Position numbers and translations under genes: made by a program
The notes under the pieces: generated by a model
What the model saw: the letters and a program-made list of their open reading frames with translations, nothing else
What the model was told of the DNA's origin: nothing
The model's database searches: none
Shown here: one piece after another, positions 1 through 8,780 of the stretch
Layout of the letters: each line of letters begins with the position of its first letter
Position numbering within the stretch: position 1 is the first letter of the stretch
Assembly: GCA_023255955.1 (NCBI GenBank)
Contig: JAGDWD010000005.1
Location: 14,384-78,383, forward strand
Length of the DNA: 64,000 bases
Source: Desulfurococcales archaeon
Lineage (GTDB): Archaea > Thermoproteota > Thermoprotei_A > Sulfolobales > NBVN01
Direction: 5' to 3'

Positions 1-1
1 C

Positions 2-703
2 TAGGGCATCCGAGATTATGGAGTCTACAGCAGTTATGGACCATCTAGTCGGAACAAGCTTCCTCTGACTTTTCTCACCTAAGGACCCTACGGAAAATAC
101 TCTAGTTATTGTTGATACTGGTATCGACGACTTGTATAGGTAGAGGACGGCGTCAACAGCCTTCAGGTCCGGGTCCTGATACACTTTCTCTACATGTCTA
201 CTCACATAAGGGTTGGAACCTAAGTAGAGCCTCTTAACTGGGGCTAGAGGGCCCATCGGAGGCATGTTCTCGTCTAGGAGTACCCTAGGTCTGACGCTCC
301 CGTCGAATAAGGCCTCAACATCTACAGGCTTAGAGGACATAGCGATCTCACGTACTGTGTCGATGAAGCTGTTACCTACGTCAACCACTCTAAACCGCCT
401 ACCTCCCCTCACTAAGGTCAGCCTAAACCTCAGTATGTCATCCAGCTGTAGGTCAAGCCATTTCTCAGGTAGGTCATATATGGCTGTATCACCCACCTCC
501 GGTGGTAAGCCAGCAGCGACGATTACCTGTGGATATCCGACCCAGCTAACGAAGACTGAGGGTGGTGAGCTACTCGAGATCTTATCGGAGACCTTAGTTA
601 GGGTGTAGGTCGAGATAGCCCTAACGAGGACAGGGCAGTATTCCAGCCCACACAGTCTGCGGGAACCTCCACGGCACAGTACGCAGAGCCTGGTATCCAC
701 CAA
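2..703 (-). CDS. Nre-family (DUF650/DUF651-type) archaeal DNA-repair protein, N-terminal ~234 aa; gene continues past the left window edge
   Basis: Manual minus-strand translation (codons 2-4, 5-7, ...) is open from a stop at 710-712 to the window edge. It is missing from the ORF track because it is truncated. Start is TTG 703 or GTG 700. The N-terminal Cys cluster LCVLCRGGSRRLCGLEYCPV and ...KLVPTRWSITAVDSIISDAL resemble Nre proteins. The + ORF 264..608 is its antisense shadow. Confidence 0.5.
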   Translation of the reverse strand, partial: MVDTRLCVLCRGGSRRLCGLEYCPVLVRAISTYTLTKVSDKISSSSPPSVFVSWVGYPQVIVAAGLPPEVGDTAIYDLPEKWLDLQLDDILRFRLTLVRGGRRFRVVDVGNSFIDTVREIAMSSKPVDVEALFDGSVRPRVLLDENMPPMGPLAPVKRLYLGSNPYVSRHVEKVYQDPDLKAVDAVLYLYKSSIPVSTITRVFSVGSLGEKSQRKLVPTRWSITAVDSIISDAL

Positions 704-751
704 CTCTCTCTACCTGCATAACCTCTAGAAGCTAATATTAGCGGAGGAGCT

Positions 752-1120
752 TTACTGACCGTAGAGCTGGCGGAGCTTTATCACACCTAGAGCCTCAGCT
801 ATCTCAAGTGTCCACCCAGCTAGTTGAGTCGAGATCAACTGGACTGCTTGATCCTCCGGAATGTCCGTGCCGAGCACGGACCTCACAGCATCGACTGAGC
901 GAGCCGGGCTTACTCTATCTAGGAATCTTCGGGAGAGCTCCTCCAGGAAGTCGTGGAGCGTCCCAGCTTTCCTACTCACTAAATACTTAACGAACTCTAT
1001 GTCAGACGAATTCGGCAGCGACCTAACCCTCTCACTTTCGGAGCAGAGCTCTAGGTACCTCTCCAGCAGGGTGTAGTCCTTGAATACCTTACCACTCGAT
1101 AACATGAGCTTAGAACTCAA
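752..1120 (-). CDS. hypothetical protein (122 aa)
   Basis: ORF track. Its start overlaps the stop of the upstream flavin-reductase gene by 4 nt (1117-1120), suggesting an operon. No family recognised. Confidence 0.5.
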   Translation of the reverse strand: MSSKLMLSSGKVFKDYTLLERYLELCSESERVRSLPNSSDIEFVKYLVSRKAGTLHDFLEELSRRFLDRVSPARSVDAVRSVLGTDIPEDQAVQLISTQLAGWTLEIAEALGVIKLRQLYGQ

Positions 1121-1695
1121 CTAGACCCCTTCCTAGAAGCAAGTACCCTGGGGCCGACTCCATAGAAGGTTCTCCCACTACCGTGGAGGGCTATGTTAAC
1201 GCCTTTCGAAAATAGGAAGCCGAACCTATCAGCCACCCCCTCACGGACCCTGGCTTTAGTTACCTGAAGTAGGTAGAGGAACGCCTCACCAGCAGGGTAT
1301 TTACCGATTACCTTAGACTCTATGATTGCGAGCGACCTGGAAAGGCCTGGCGGTCTTATAGTGATGCTATCCACTAGGTCCAGCTTGAACGTAGAGACCT
1401 TATCGACGTCCCTCCCAGAGACCGAGCCGAGGTCGTACACTAACTGAGCATCCTCCAAGCTAAGTATGTTTAAACTAGCCTCACCGCAGTAGTCGAGGCA
1501 CTCACGTGTGTAGGCTTCAGAGCCTATAGCTAGGGCTATGATCGGAGGTTCCTCACTGACAGGCATGTTCCAGCTCGCAGACATGAAGTTTACTCTATTG
1601 TTCGGGCATACCGTACCCACAACTATTGTTGGTCTCGGGTGTAGCAGGTAGTAGAACTTACCGGTATACTCAGTGAACGTATCGGACCCCACCAC
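1117..1695 (-). CDS. flavin reductase-like FMN-binding protein (flavoredoxin family)
   Basis: LLHPRPTIVVGT...NFMSASWNMPVSEEPP and the ~190 aa length are typical of the Flavin_Reduct domain. Confidence 0.8.
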   Translation of the reverse strand: MVGSDTFTEYTGKFYYLLHPRPTIVVGTVCPNNRVNFMSASWNMPVSEEPPIIALAIGSEAYTRECLDYCGEASLNILSLEDAQLVYDLGSVSGRDVDKVSTFKLDLVDSITIRPPGLSRSLAIIESKVIGKYPAGEAFLYLLQVTKARVREGVADRFGFLFSKGVNIALHGSGRTFYGVGPRVLASRKGSS

Positions 1696-1744
1696 TATAT
1701 TTTGGTAAGCTAAATTAACTTACAGTGTGAGGCAGTAGAAAGAG

Positions 1745-2647
1745 ATGAGGCAGGTAGGGGCTGTTGTCCTGCAGGGAAACCTAAGGTACTTAGATGTCCC
1801 GGTACCCCCGATTAGAAGCGATGAAGTGCTCGTTAAAGTTCTTGGGGCAGCGCTAACACCTACCGATATGGCTACGATAAGGGGGTACCTACCCTACACT
1901 TACGGGAAGATTGTGGGATCAGCCGGTGTTGTTAGGGTGTTAGAGCTAGGTGCTGACGTCAGGAACCTCTCCGTGGGAGAGAACGCTATTGTGGCCCCAA
2001 GATGCTTTGTCGAGCTAGCTACGTCCAAGAACGGCATCATGGCTAGTTTAGCTAGTGTTAGATCAGAGTGTCTCGAGCCGGTACCCCAGAAGGTTTCTGA
2101 TGTTGAGGGGGTTTACCTCTCCCTCCTCGCTCACATACCGTCAGTCACAGCCTCATTATCAGGCTCATCCCTCCTTATTGCTGGATGTAGCTATGAGTCC
2201 CAGATACTAGCGAGCGTGGTTAAGGACAAGATAAATACGGACATAGTGTGTGCTAGTAATGCCGGACTCCGTAGAGTAGTGAAGCTAGGGATTAGAGCAT
2301 ATCTCGTGGAAGCTGGGGAGGAAGACTACGACGCGGTCTATATAGCGTCACTAGATCCTCTCGTAGTGCGTGAAGCAGTTAGGAGGTGTGTGGGAACCCT
2401 CTACATATCGCCGTTAGTTCCCGAATACTTGGTACCTCTAGGTAAGAGGATCCGCAGGGTCGTGATGACCTCGAGACTCAGGTTGAGCCTACCTAAAGCA
2501 CTTGAACTGATCAGAGAGTTCGGTAAGCAGCTGGATGACGTGTTAAGAATGGTTAACGATCTGAGGGCTGTGGTAGATGTAGTAACTTACCGAGGTAACG
2601 TAATCTACCTAGCTGGGGATGGTCGGACCCGGGGAGCAGAGCCCTAG
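1745..2647 (+). CDS. medium-chain dehydrogenase/reductase (MDR) superfamily protein, apparently Zn-independent
   Basis: The GroES-like N-terminus (EVLVKVLGAALTPTDMATIRG...GKIVGSAGVVRVLELG) is followed by a Rossmann-like half. The canonical catalytic Zn ligands (Cys/His) were not seen. Confidence 0.65.
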   Translation: MRQVGAVVLQGNLRYLDVPVPPIRSDEVLVKVLGAALTPTDMATIRGYLPYTYGKIVGSAGVVRVLELGADVRNLSVGENAIVAPRCFVELATSKNGIMASLASVRSECLEPVPQKVSDVEGVYLSLLAHIPSVTASLSGSSLLIAGCSYESQILASVVKDKINTDIVCASNAGLRRVVKLGIRAYLVEAGEEDYDAVYIASLDPLVVREAVRRCVGTLYISPLVPEYLVPLGKRIRRVVMTSRLRLSLPKALELIREFGKQLDDVLRMVNDLRAVVDVVTYRGNVIYLAGDGRTRGAEP

Positions 2648-2716
2648 AACTGTAAGCTTTCGTGAGGTCCTCTATAGTGCGGATCAGAAAATAAAAATAA
2701 AATAATGGGTATGTGC

Positions 2717-3928
2717 CTAACCTCCCTTAATCCTTCTCTTTACCACTCTCCCAATTATCTCCACACCGGTCCTTATCTCCTCAATCTTCGGGTAGCTGAA
2801 GTTTAGCCTCATAGTGTTCTTACCGCTCCCGTCAACGAAGAACGAAGCTCCTGGGACGTAGACAACTCCCTCGTTCGCGGCTTCCGTTAACATTTCCTTC
2901 GTATCTATCTGCTCTGGTAGCCAGACCATGATGAACAGCCCCCCGACAGGCTTCACCCACCAGGAATTCTCGACCATGTTCTCCGATAGCGACTCGACCA
3001 TGGCGTCCCTCTTCACTCTGTAGGTTCTCTTCGCTCCCTCTATAGTCTCAGCAACAACGCCCCTCTCTATAGCCTCCTTAGCTATGTACTGGGAGAGGGT
3101 CGAGGTTTGGAGGTCCATGCTCTGCTTAGCCCTCTCAAACACGTCGATTATCTGCTTATGTCCGAGGACCCAACCGATCCTGAGGCCCGGAGAGAGTATC
3201 TTACTTAAAGTACCCAGGTAAACAACCCTCCCCTCACTATCCAAAGTCTTAAGCTTCGTCACGTCTGCCTCATCGAAAACGAAGAAGGAGTAGGGGTCGT
3301 CCTCAAATATCAGGAAGTCAAACTGAGACGCTAGCTCCACAAGATGTTTCTTCCTCTCAAGGCTCATAGTTATTCCAGTCGGGTTGTGGGCCACTGGGAT
3401 CGTATAAACGAACTTAACCCTCCTCCCCTGACTTCTCAGCTCCCTCAACCTGTCCTCCAGTACCTCTGTCTTCATACCGTACTCGTCTACGGGAATTCCC
3501 ACGATGTTGGGTCTAGCTGTCCTGAATGCTGATAGAGCGGCTAGATACGTCGGGTTTTCAGTGATTATGTAGTCTCCTGGGTCTATGATGGTCCTGGATA
3601 TGAGGTCCAGCCCCTGCTGAGATCCTGTAGTAACGATGACGTCGTCCTCCTCAGCTACCTTCACTCCCACGTTCCTCAGGAATTTAAGGAGGGTCTCCCT
3701 GAATACTGTGACGCCCTTAGTTGGAGCGTACTGAAGTGCTTTATCTCCCTGGTTTAAGATTACCTCATACGCTATTCTGGCCAGAGACTCCCGCGGTAAG
3801 GTCTGGGGATCTGGGTAGCCACCAGCAAAACTTATCACTTTACGGGCTTCGACAACCTTAAGCAGCTCTCTAATCTCAGAAGCTTTAAAGAGCTCCGAGT
3901 TCCTACCTATAAATTTACTATAGTCCAC
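2717..3928 (-). CDS. PLP-dependent aminotransferase, class I/II (2-aminoadipate/aromatic/MocR-like)
   Basis: 403 aa with ISFAGGYPDP, TTGSQQGLDL, NPTG and the PLP-lysine context LGTLSKILSPGLRIGW. Confidence 0.85.
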   Translation of the reverse strand: MDYSKFIGRNSELFKASEIRELLKVVEARKVISFAGGYPDPQTLPRESLARIAYEVILNQGDKALQYAPTKGVTVFRETLLKFLRNVGVKVAEEDDVIVTTGSQQGLDLISRTIIDPGDYIITENPTYLAALSAFRTARPNIVGIPVDEYGMKTEVLEDRLRELRSQGRRVKFVYTIPVAHNPTGITMSLERKKHLVELASQFDFLIFEDDPYSFFVFDEADVTKLKTLDSEGRVVYLGTLSKILSPGLRIGWVLGHKQIIDVFERAKQSMDLQTSTLSQYIAKEAIERGVVAETIEGAKRTYRVKRDAMVESLSENMVENSWWVKPVGGLFIMVWLPEQIDTKEMLTEAANEGVVYVPGASFFVDGSGKNTMRLNFSYPKIEEIRTGVEIIGRVVKRRIKGG

Positions 3929-3992
3929 GCGAACACCGGGGTATAAGCTGTGAACGTAAATTAAAAACTTATTTAAGATGTTAATTCCATGC

Positions 3993-4409
3993 TTATGCTG
4001 TTTTAATAGGTTTAAACTTTATTCCGTAGTATATGACACCGTACGGGTCATCCGACGCATATCTCCTCAGGACGGCCTCGACTCTAGTTCCCTCCTTAAC
4101 CTCCTCGTTGTCCCCGACCCCAACGATCTCACCTACCACCCTAACACCCTCATCGAGCTCAACGACCCCCACAAGTAGGGGCGGCCTCTCATCACTAGAG
4201 TTCCATCTGTACATCACCTTAGTTACATCTAACACCTTACCGAAGCCCTCCGACTCCACATGCTTCACATTACTTGATCCGCAGAACGGGCACACCGACC
4301 TCTTAAACACGGACTTCCTCCCGCAGCTCCCGCATTCCGTTATTATGAGTCTGTACTGGCTTTCCCGAATCCTCCAGAACTGAGATGGGGAGAGCTTCAC
4401 ATAGCTCAC
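3993..4409 (-). CDS. DUF35 Zn-ribbon/OB-fold protein (partner of archaeal thiolase/HMG-CoA synthase)
   Basis: Four-Cys ribbon CGSCGRKSVFKRSVCPFCGS followed by an OB-fold region. It overlaps the thiolase gene by 4 nt. Confidence 0.85.
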   Translation of the reverse strand: MSYVKLSPSQFWRIRESQYRLIITECGSCGRKSVFKRSVCPFCGSSNVKHVESEGFGKVLDVTKVMYRWNSSDERPPLLVGVVELDEGVRVVGEIVGVGDNEEVKEGTRVEAVLRRYASDDPYGVIYYGIKFKPIKTA

Positions 4410-5500
4410 CTCTTCAGAATTAACACCCTAGACACGTTGTCGGGGCCGCTCATCGAGTGAACTAAGCCGTAGTCGGTGGATGCCGTCTTACTCCCCAACC
4501 TATCAGTGAGGAGCTTGAAGACCTCGTATGCTTGGTATACCCCGGTCGCTCCGATTGGGTGGCCTCTAGCTTTAAGTCCCCCGCTTGTGTTTAGGTATTC
4601 AAACTCGTTCAAGTCACACCCACCGTCTAGGTAGCCGAGGCTTCTGAGGATTGCGATTGGGTACGGAGTGTAGCTATCGTGTAGCTCAGTAATCACCTTC
4701 TTCAGGTCTAGTCCGTACCTCTCCAGCGACAGCTTCAGGAGCTTCACTGAGGCGGTTAAGTCCGAGATATTCTCCCTCAAGTAAGCCGGTAGGCCCACCT
4801 CAGTAGCACTGAAGACTATCTCAACTGAGGAAGCATTAGTGTTCGGAGAGCTCGAGACCACGAGAGCAGCCGCTCCGTCACCGAGGGCGAAACTATCGTG
4901 GAGGGTCAGGGGTTCAGCCAGTACCTGGGAGTCCTTGAAGGAGTCGTAAGATATCTTGAACCTGAGCATAGCGTGCGGAATTGATGTCGCGTTTTCATGC
5001 ATCTTCACTGCCCAGCTACTGAAGCACTCCCTCTTCACACCACCCCTCATCAGCTCCTTCATGACTAGTGCGGCGTAAGCTGGTGGACTCACACTCCTCA
5101 GGACCTCGAACTCGTAGTCAAGTATGAGGGAGTAGAAGTAGTTAGTCACATACGTTGGGTAGTCTGTTACTTTCTCAAGTCCTAGGACCAATACCCTCCT
5201 ATTCCTACCTGAAGATACTAAGGAGGCCGCGAGGTCGACAGCAGCTAAGCCAGATGTCTCACCAGACTCCACTCTAACGACCGGAACCCTCCTACCCAGC
5301 CACTGAGCTATGTGCGTGCTTAGATCGACCTGGTGAGCCGTAAGCTCGGGGAGAGCTGACGAGATAACTACGTAATCAACATCTAAACAGTCAGGGCACT
5401 CCTTCACGACATCATATGCTAGATCCCTATATCCGCGCTCGAAGTGTCTATCTACCTTGACTACCGCCCCACTAACTATGTAGGCCCCCATCTCAACCAC
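4406..5500 (-). CDS. archaeal acetoacetyl-CoA thiolase (thiolase-like, SCP-x type)
   Basis: 364 aa with C-terminal GGLKARGHPIGATGVYQ. Sits in the conserved HMGCS-thiolase-DUF35 gene order. Confidence 0.85.
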   Translation of the reverse strand: MVEMGAYIVSGAVVKVDRHFERGYRDLAYDVVKECPDCLDVDYVVISSALPELTAHQVDLSTHIAQWLGRRVPVVRVESGETSGLAAVDLAASLVSSGRNRRVLVLGLEKVTDYPTYVTNYFYSLILDYEFEVLRSVSPPAYAALVMKELMRGGVKRECFSSWAVKMHENATSIPHAMLRFKISYDSFKDSQVLAEPLTLHDSFALGDGAAALVVSSSPNTNASSVEIVFSATEVGLPAYLRENISDLTASVKLLKLSLERYGLDLKKVITELHDSYTPYPIAILRSLGYLDGGCDLNEFEYLNTSGGLKARGHPIGATGVYQAYEVFKLLTDRLGSKTASTDYGLVHSMSGPDNVSRVLILKR

Positions 5501-6545
5501 CTATGTTCCTCAGGTAGAGACCTCTGAACTTAGCGTACACACCGTAGGGGATCGAGACCCTCGAGCTGATCATATCCGAGACTTTAGGCCCCCTACTCAC
5601 TACTTCATAGATGGAGTCCCCCACAACTATGCTGAAAGCATCGCTCCCAGCACCACTACCGAATGTGACTACCAGGATACGGTTCCCGGGCTTAGCCTCC
5701 TCCAATATCTTAGCTAGCCCGAGAAGTGCTGAAGCATTGTACGTGTTACCTATGTAGGGGGTTACGAGGCCCGGCAGGACCTTCTCCTGGGGGATCCCTA
5801 AGGCCCTAGCTACTTGGAGTGGGAACTTACCGTTAGGTTGGTGGAACACTGCGTAGTCGAAGTCGGATGGTTTAAGGCCGGTCTCATCTAGGAGTAGCTT
5901 TGCGGCACTAAGTATGTGGTGGAAGTATGCTGGTTCCCCAGTGAATATCTCACCGTGCTCCGGGTACGGAGACCTGTCCCTTCTCCAGAAGTCGGGGGTG
6001 TCTGTGACATAAGATACGCTAGCCTCTATAGCTGCGGGCGACTTAGACGGGTTCCCGATCACGAAGGCGACGGCCCCCGATGATGCTGTGAAGTCAAGGA
6101 GGTCACCGGGATTTGCTTGCGCGGTGTCAGAGCCTATAACCAGAGTGTTCTGGGCTAGCCCACCCTTCACGAGCCCTATGGAGATCCTTATTCCCTCACC
6201 AGCAGCTCTACAGGCGAATTCGAGATCTGTGGAGAGCTTCCTCCTCTTCACCCCCAGAGCATCAGCAACTATAGTAGCTGAGGGCTTCACAGCGTAGGGC
6301 TTTGACTCAGTCCCGAAGAACACGGCGTCGATATCCTCACCTGAGACACCAGCCCTCTTAAGAGCTACGCGGGCAGCGTACCAACCCATAGTCACAGCGT
6401 CCTCATCCTCCTCAGCCACCGCCTTCTCTACGACCCCGAGGGCCTTAGGTAGCTTTACGTCATATCCCCACAGGGTAGCTATTTCAGTAGCGCTAACCCG
6501 GAATTTAGGGATGTACGCGCCCCAACCTCTAATGCCGGCTTCCAA
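5493..6545 (-). CDS. hydroxymethylglutaryl-CoA synthase (archaeal type)
   Basis: 350 aa with IRGWGAYIPKFRV, FACRAAG (catalytic Cys context), AVFHQPNGKFP and GNTYNASALL. Confidence 0.9.
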   Translation of the reverse strand: MEAGIRGWGAYIPKFRVSATEIATLWGYDVKLPKALGVVEKAVAEEDEDAVTMGWYAARVALKRAGVSGEDIDAVFFGTESKPYAVKPSATIVADALGVKRRKLSTDLEFACRAAGEGIRISIGLVKGGLAQNTLVIGSDTAQANPGDLLDFTASSGAVAFVIGNPSKSPAAIEASVSYVTDTPDFWRRDRSPYPEHGEIFTGEPAYFHHILSAAKLLLDETGLKPSDFDYAVFHQPNGKFPLQVARALGIPQEKVLPGLVTPYIGNTYNASALLGLAKILEEAKPGNRILVVTFGSGAGSDAFSIVVGDSIYEVVSRGPKVSDMISSRVSIPYGVYAKFRGLYLRNIGG

Positions 6546-6626
6546 AGATATTACCGGCTACTAAATACTCTAGGGCTTATAAGCTTTAACTAACTGACGA
6601 AAAACGCTTAAATAAACTGTACGAAA

Positions 6627-7682
6627 CTACCTCTTAGCATAGAGCCAGCACGAAACTGTGTGTCCCTTCTCGATCTCAATTTCTGGCGGCGGTTCCTTCT
6701 TACATATGTCCATAGCGTACGGACATCTCGGGTGGAACCTACAGCCAGGTGGTATATTAGCCGCGCTTGGTATCTCACCCTTAATCGGGACCTCCCTAAT
6801 CTTGAACCTGTTCCGAGGATCAGGCTCCGGTACAGCTGCTATTAGTGCCTTAGCATACGGATGCTGTGGGTTATTCACGATCAGGTCTATAGGACCTTTC
6901 TCGACTATGGTGCCGAGGTACATTATCCCGATTCTGTTGCATATGTACGCAGCTACAGCTAGGTCGTGGGTTATGAACACGTACGTAAGGTTCCTAGTTG
7001 CCTTAAGGTCCATCATCAGCTGGAGGATCTCAGCTCTAACCGATACGTCAAGCATGCTCACAGGCTCATCTGCTACTACGAGACTCGGTTCTAGAATGAG
7101 AGCTCTAGCTATTCCTATTCTCTGTCTCTGACCTCCGGAGAGCATGTGGGGATATCTCTCCGCAAATTCCTCAGGAGGGGTCAGCTTCACCTCCTCTAGA
7201 GCTTTGAACACCTTCTCCCTCTTCTCATCCTCGCTAGCACCGACACCATGTATGTCTAGAGGCTCCTTCAGGATGTCATATATTCTCATCCTCGGATTAA
7301 GGGAGCCGTATGGATCCTGGAACACTATCTGAACGTCCCTCCTCAGTAACTTATCTACCTGCCTCGGGAGCTTAGCTGTGAGATCTACGTACTCCTTCTC
7401 TACAATGTACTGTGGTGGTATCTCAGATAGTATCTCCTTTCTCGGTCTGTAGAGAGCTCTACCTCCAGTGAACTCTAACAGCCTTACTATGAGTCTCCCG
7501 GTAGTAGTCTTACCACACCCAGACTCCCCAGCTAAGCAGAATATCTCACCCTCATCTACAGTGAAGCTAACTCCGTCTACAGCCCTGACATACCTCGGTG
7601 GGCGGAATGTTAGTATCTCGACTAGCGACCTCCTCAGTGGGAAGTACTTGAAGACCTTCTCCATGATCAGCTTGGAGCTCAC
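6627..7682 (-). CDS. Opp/Dpp-type ABC transporter ATP-binding protein (OppF-like)
   Basis: Walker A GESGCGKTT, signature LSGGQRQR, Walker B LVVADEP, and the C-terminal oligopeptide-type extension PPGCRFHPRCPYAMD. Confidence 0.9.
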   Translation of the reverse strand: MSSKLIMEKVFKYFPLRRSLVEILTFRPPRYVRAVDGVSFTVDEGEIFCLAGESGCGKTTTGRLIVRLLEFTGGRALYRPRKEILSEIPPQYIVEKEYVDLTAKLPRQVDKLLRRDVQIVFQDPYGSLNPRMRIYDILKEPLDIHGVGASEDEKREKVFKALEEVKLTPPEEFAERYPHMLSGGQRQRIGIARALILEPSLVVADEPVSMLDVSVRAEILQLMMDLKATRNLTYVFITHDLAVAAYICNRIGIMYLGTIVEKGPIDLIVNNPQHPYAKALIAAVPEPDPRNRFKIREVPIKGEIPSAANIPPGCRFHPRCPYAMDICKKEPPPEIEIEKGHTVSCWLYAKR

Positions 7683-7688
7683 ATCACA

Positions 7689-8678
7689 TCACCTCTTAGC
7701 ATAGAGCCAGCACGAAACTGTGTGTCCCTTCTCAACCTCAACTGTAGGAGGTTCCTCAGATCTACATACATCCATAGCGTACGGACACCTCGGATGGAAC
7801 CTACAGCCAGGTGGTGGTGCTCTCAGATCCGGTGGTACTCCAGGAATCCACGTGATCTTCTCCTTACCTCTAAGCCTCGGGATACTCCTGAGGAGTCCCT
7901 GGGTGTAGGGATGTGCCGGATTGTTGAAAACATTGTCTGAGGGCCCTAGCTCAACCATCTTACCGGCATACATTATAGCTGTTTTATCGGCTACCTCAGC
8001 TATTAGGCTGAGATCGTGCGTTATGAATATCATGGCGTTACGCTCCCTCTGTTTTATCTCCTTGAAGAGATTCATGATCTGCGCCTGGATCACCACATCT
8101 AAGGCAGTAGTAGGCTCGTCAGCTATGACAAGCCTGGGCTTCAAGAGCAGGGCCATAGCTATCATAACCCTCTGCTTCATCCCACCGCTCAGCTCGTGGG
8201 GGTATCTCCCCAGTACTTCAGGACCGAGACCAACCCTCTTCAACATCTCCCCAGCTACCTCAAGCGCCTCCTTAACACTCATCCCCTTATGTATGACCAA
8301 AGGCTCTGCCAGCTGGTGACCCACTGTGTAGACAGGGTTCAGAGCGTTCATAGCGCCCTGGAACACCATGCTGACCTTAGCCCATCTAACCTTCCTCAAC
8401 TCAGCCGGCTTCAACTTAGTGATGTCTATGCCGTCGAGGACTACAGAGCCTCCAGCTATCCTACCGGGAGGGGGTATGAGCCCCAGGAGGCCGTAACCGA
8501 GTGTAGACTTACCGCACCCGGACTCCCCAGCTATGCCGAGGACCTCACCATCTTGGAGCTGGAAGCTTACTCCGTCAACACCTCTCACTACTCCAGTTAA
8601 GGTGTAGTAGTATATCCTTAGGTCGTTCACGTTAAGTAGAGCAGATGACACATTCCACACCTTTCCGTTCTTATACAT
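7689..8678 (-). CDS. Opp/Dpp-type ABC transporter ATP-binding protein (OppD-like)
   Basis: GESGCGKST, LSGGMKQRV, LVIADEPTTALD and the C-terminal PPGCRFHPRCPYAMD. No permease or binding-protein gene is adjacent. Confidence 0.9.
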   Translation of the reverse strand: MYKNGKVWNVSSALLNVNDLRIYYYTLTGVVRGVDGVSFQLQDGEVLGIAGESGCGKSTLGYGLLGLIPPPGRIAGGSVVLDGIDITKLKPAELRKVRWAKVSMVFQGAMNALNPVYTVGHQLAEPLVIHKGMSVKEALEVAGEMLKRVGLGPEVLGRYPHELSGGMKQRVMIAMALLLKPRLVIADEPTTALDVVIQAQIMNLFKEIKQRERNAMIFITHDLSLIAEVADKTAIMYAGKMVELGPSDNVFNNPAHPYTQGLLRSIPRLRGKEKITWIPGVPPDLRAPPPGCRFHPRCPYAMDVCRSEEPPTVEVEKGHTVSCWLYAKR

Positions 8679-8691
8679 TTTTCTTCTAGAC

Positions 8692-8705
8692 TAAAAAAAT
8701 ATAAC
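8692..8705. promoter_or_regulatory. shared A/T-rich TATA element, apparently bidirectional (oppD-like gene on the minus strand; C/D sRNA on the plus strand)
   Basis: The sequence is CTAAAAAAATATAAC. Read on the minus strand, TTATATTTTTTT lies ~24 nt upstream of the ATG at 8678 (leaderless spacing). Read on the plus strand, AAAAATATAA lies ~24 nt upstream of the C box at 8729. Confidence 0.5.
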
Positions 8706-8725
8706 TTCTCAAGTGAAGTACTGTA

Positions 8726-8780
8726 CAGATGATGAAGTGGGCAGCCATAGACCGGTGAAGACACTAGTTCACACTGACTC
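8726..8780 (+). ncRNA. C/D-box sRNA candidate
   Basis: C box ATGATGA 8729-8735, 12-nt guide, D' TAGA 8748-8751, 4-nt spacer, C' TGAAGA 8756-8761, 12-nt guide, D box CTGA 8774-8777. The architecture matches the two other candidates in this window. Confidence 0.6.

Noticed and set aside
264-608. Listed + strand ORF of 114 aa
   Set aside because: It is Ser/Thr/Leu-rich low-complexity sequence. It lies entirely antisense to a longer, motif-bearing minus-strand frame (the Nre-like partial CDS), so it is an antisense shadow ORF.
2462-2510. GTGATGA ... CTGA at C/D-sRNA-compatible spacing inside the MDR gene
   Set aside because: The terminal boxes are spaced 38 nt apart, but the positions expected for D' and C' (GGTT, CTACCT) bear no resemblance to box consensus. 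The element is deep inside a CDS, so it is probably a chance match.
6658-8600. Several + strand ORFs (6658-7131, 6660-6845, 7144-7332, 7468-7704, 7720-7940, 7921-8319, 8196-8600)
   Set aside because: All lie antisense inside the two ABC ATPase genes, which carry complete Walker A, signature and Walker B motifs. Their translations are low-complexity. The same reasoning applies to the other embedded antisense ORFs in the track, e.g. 16905-17414, 33902-34549, 58966-59421, 59619-60329 and 61476-61772.
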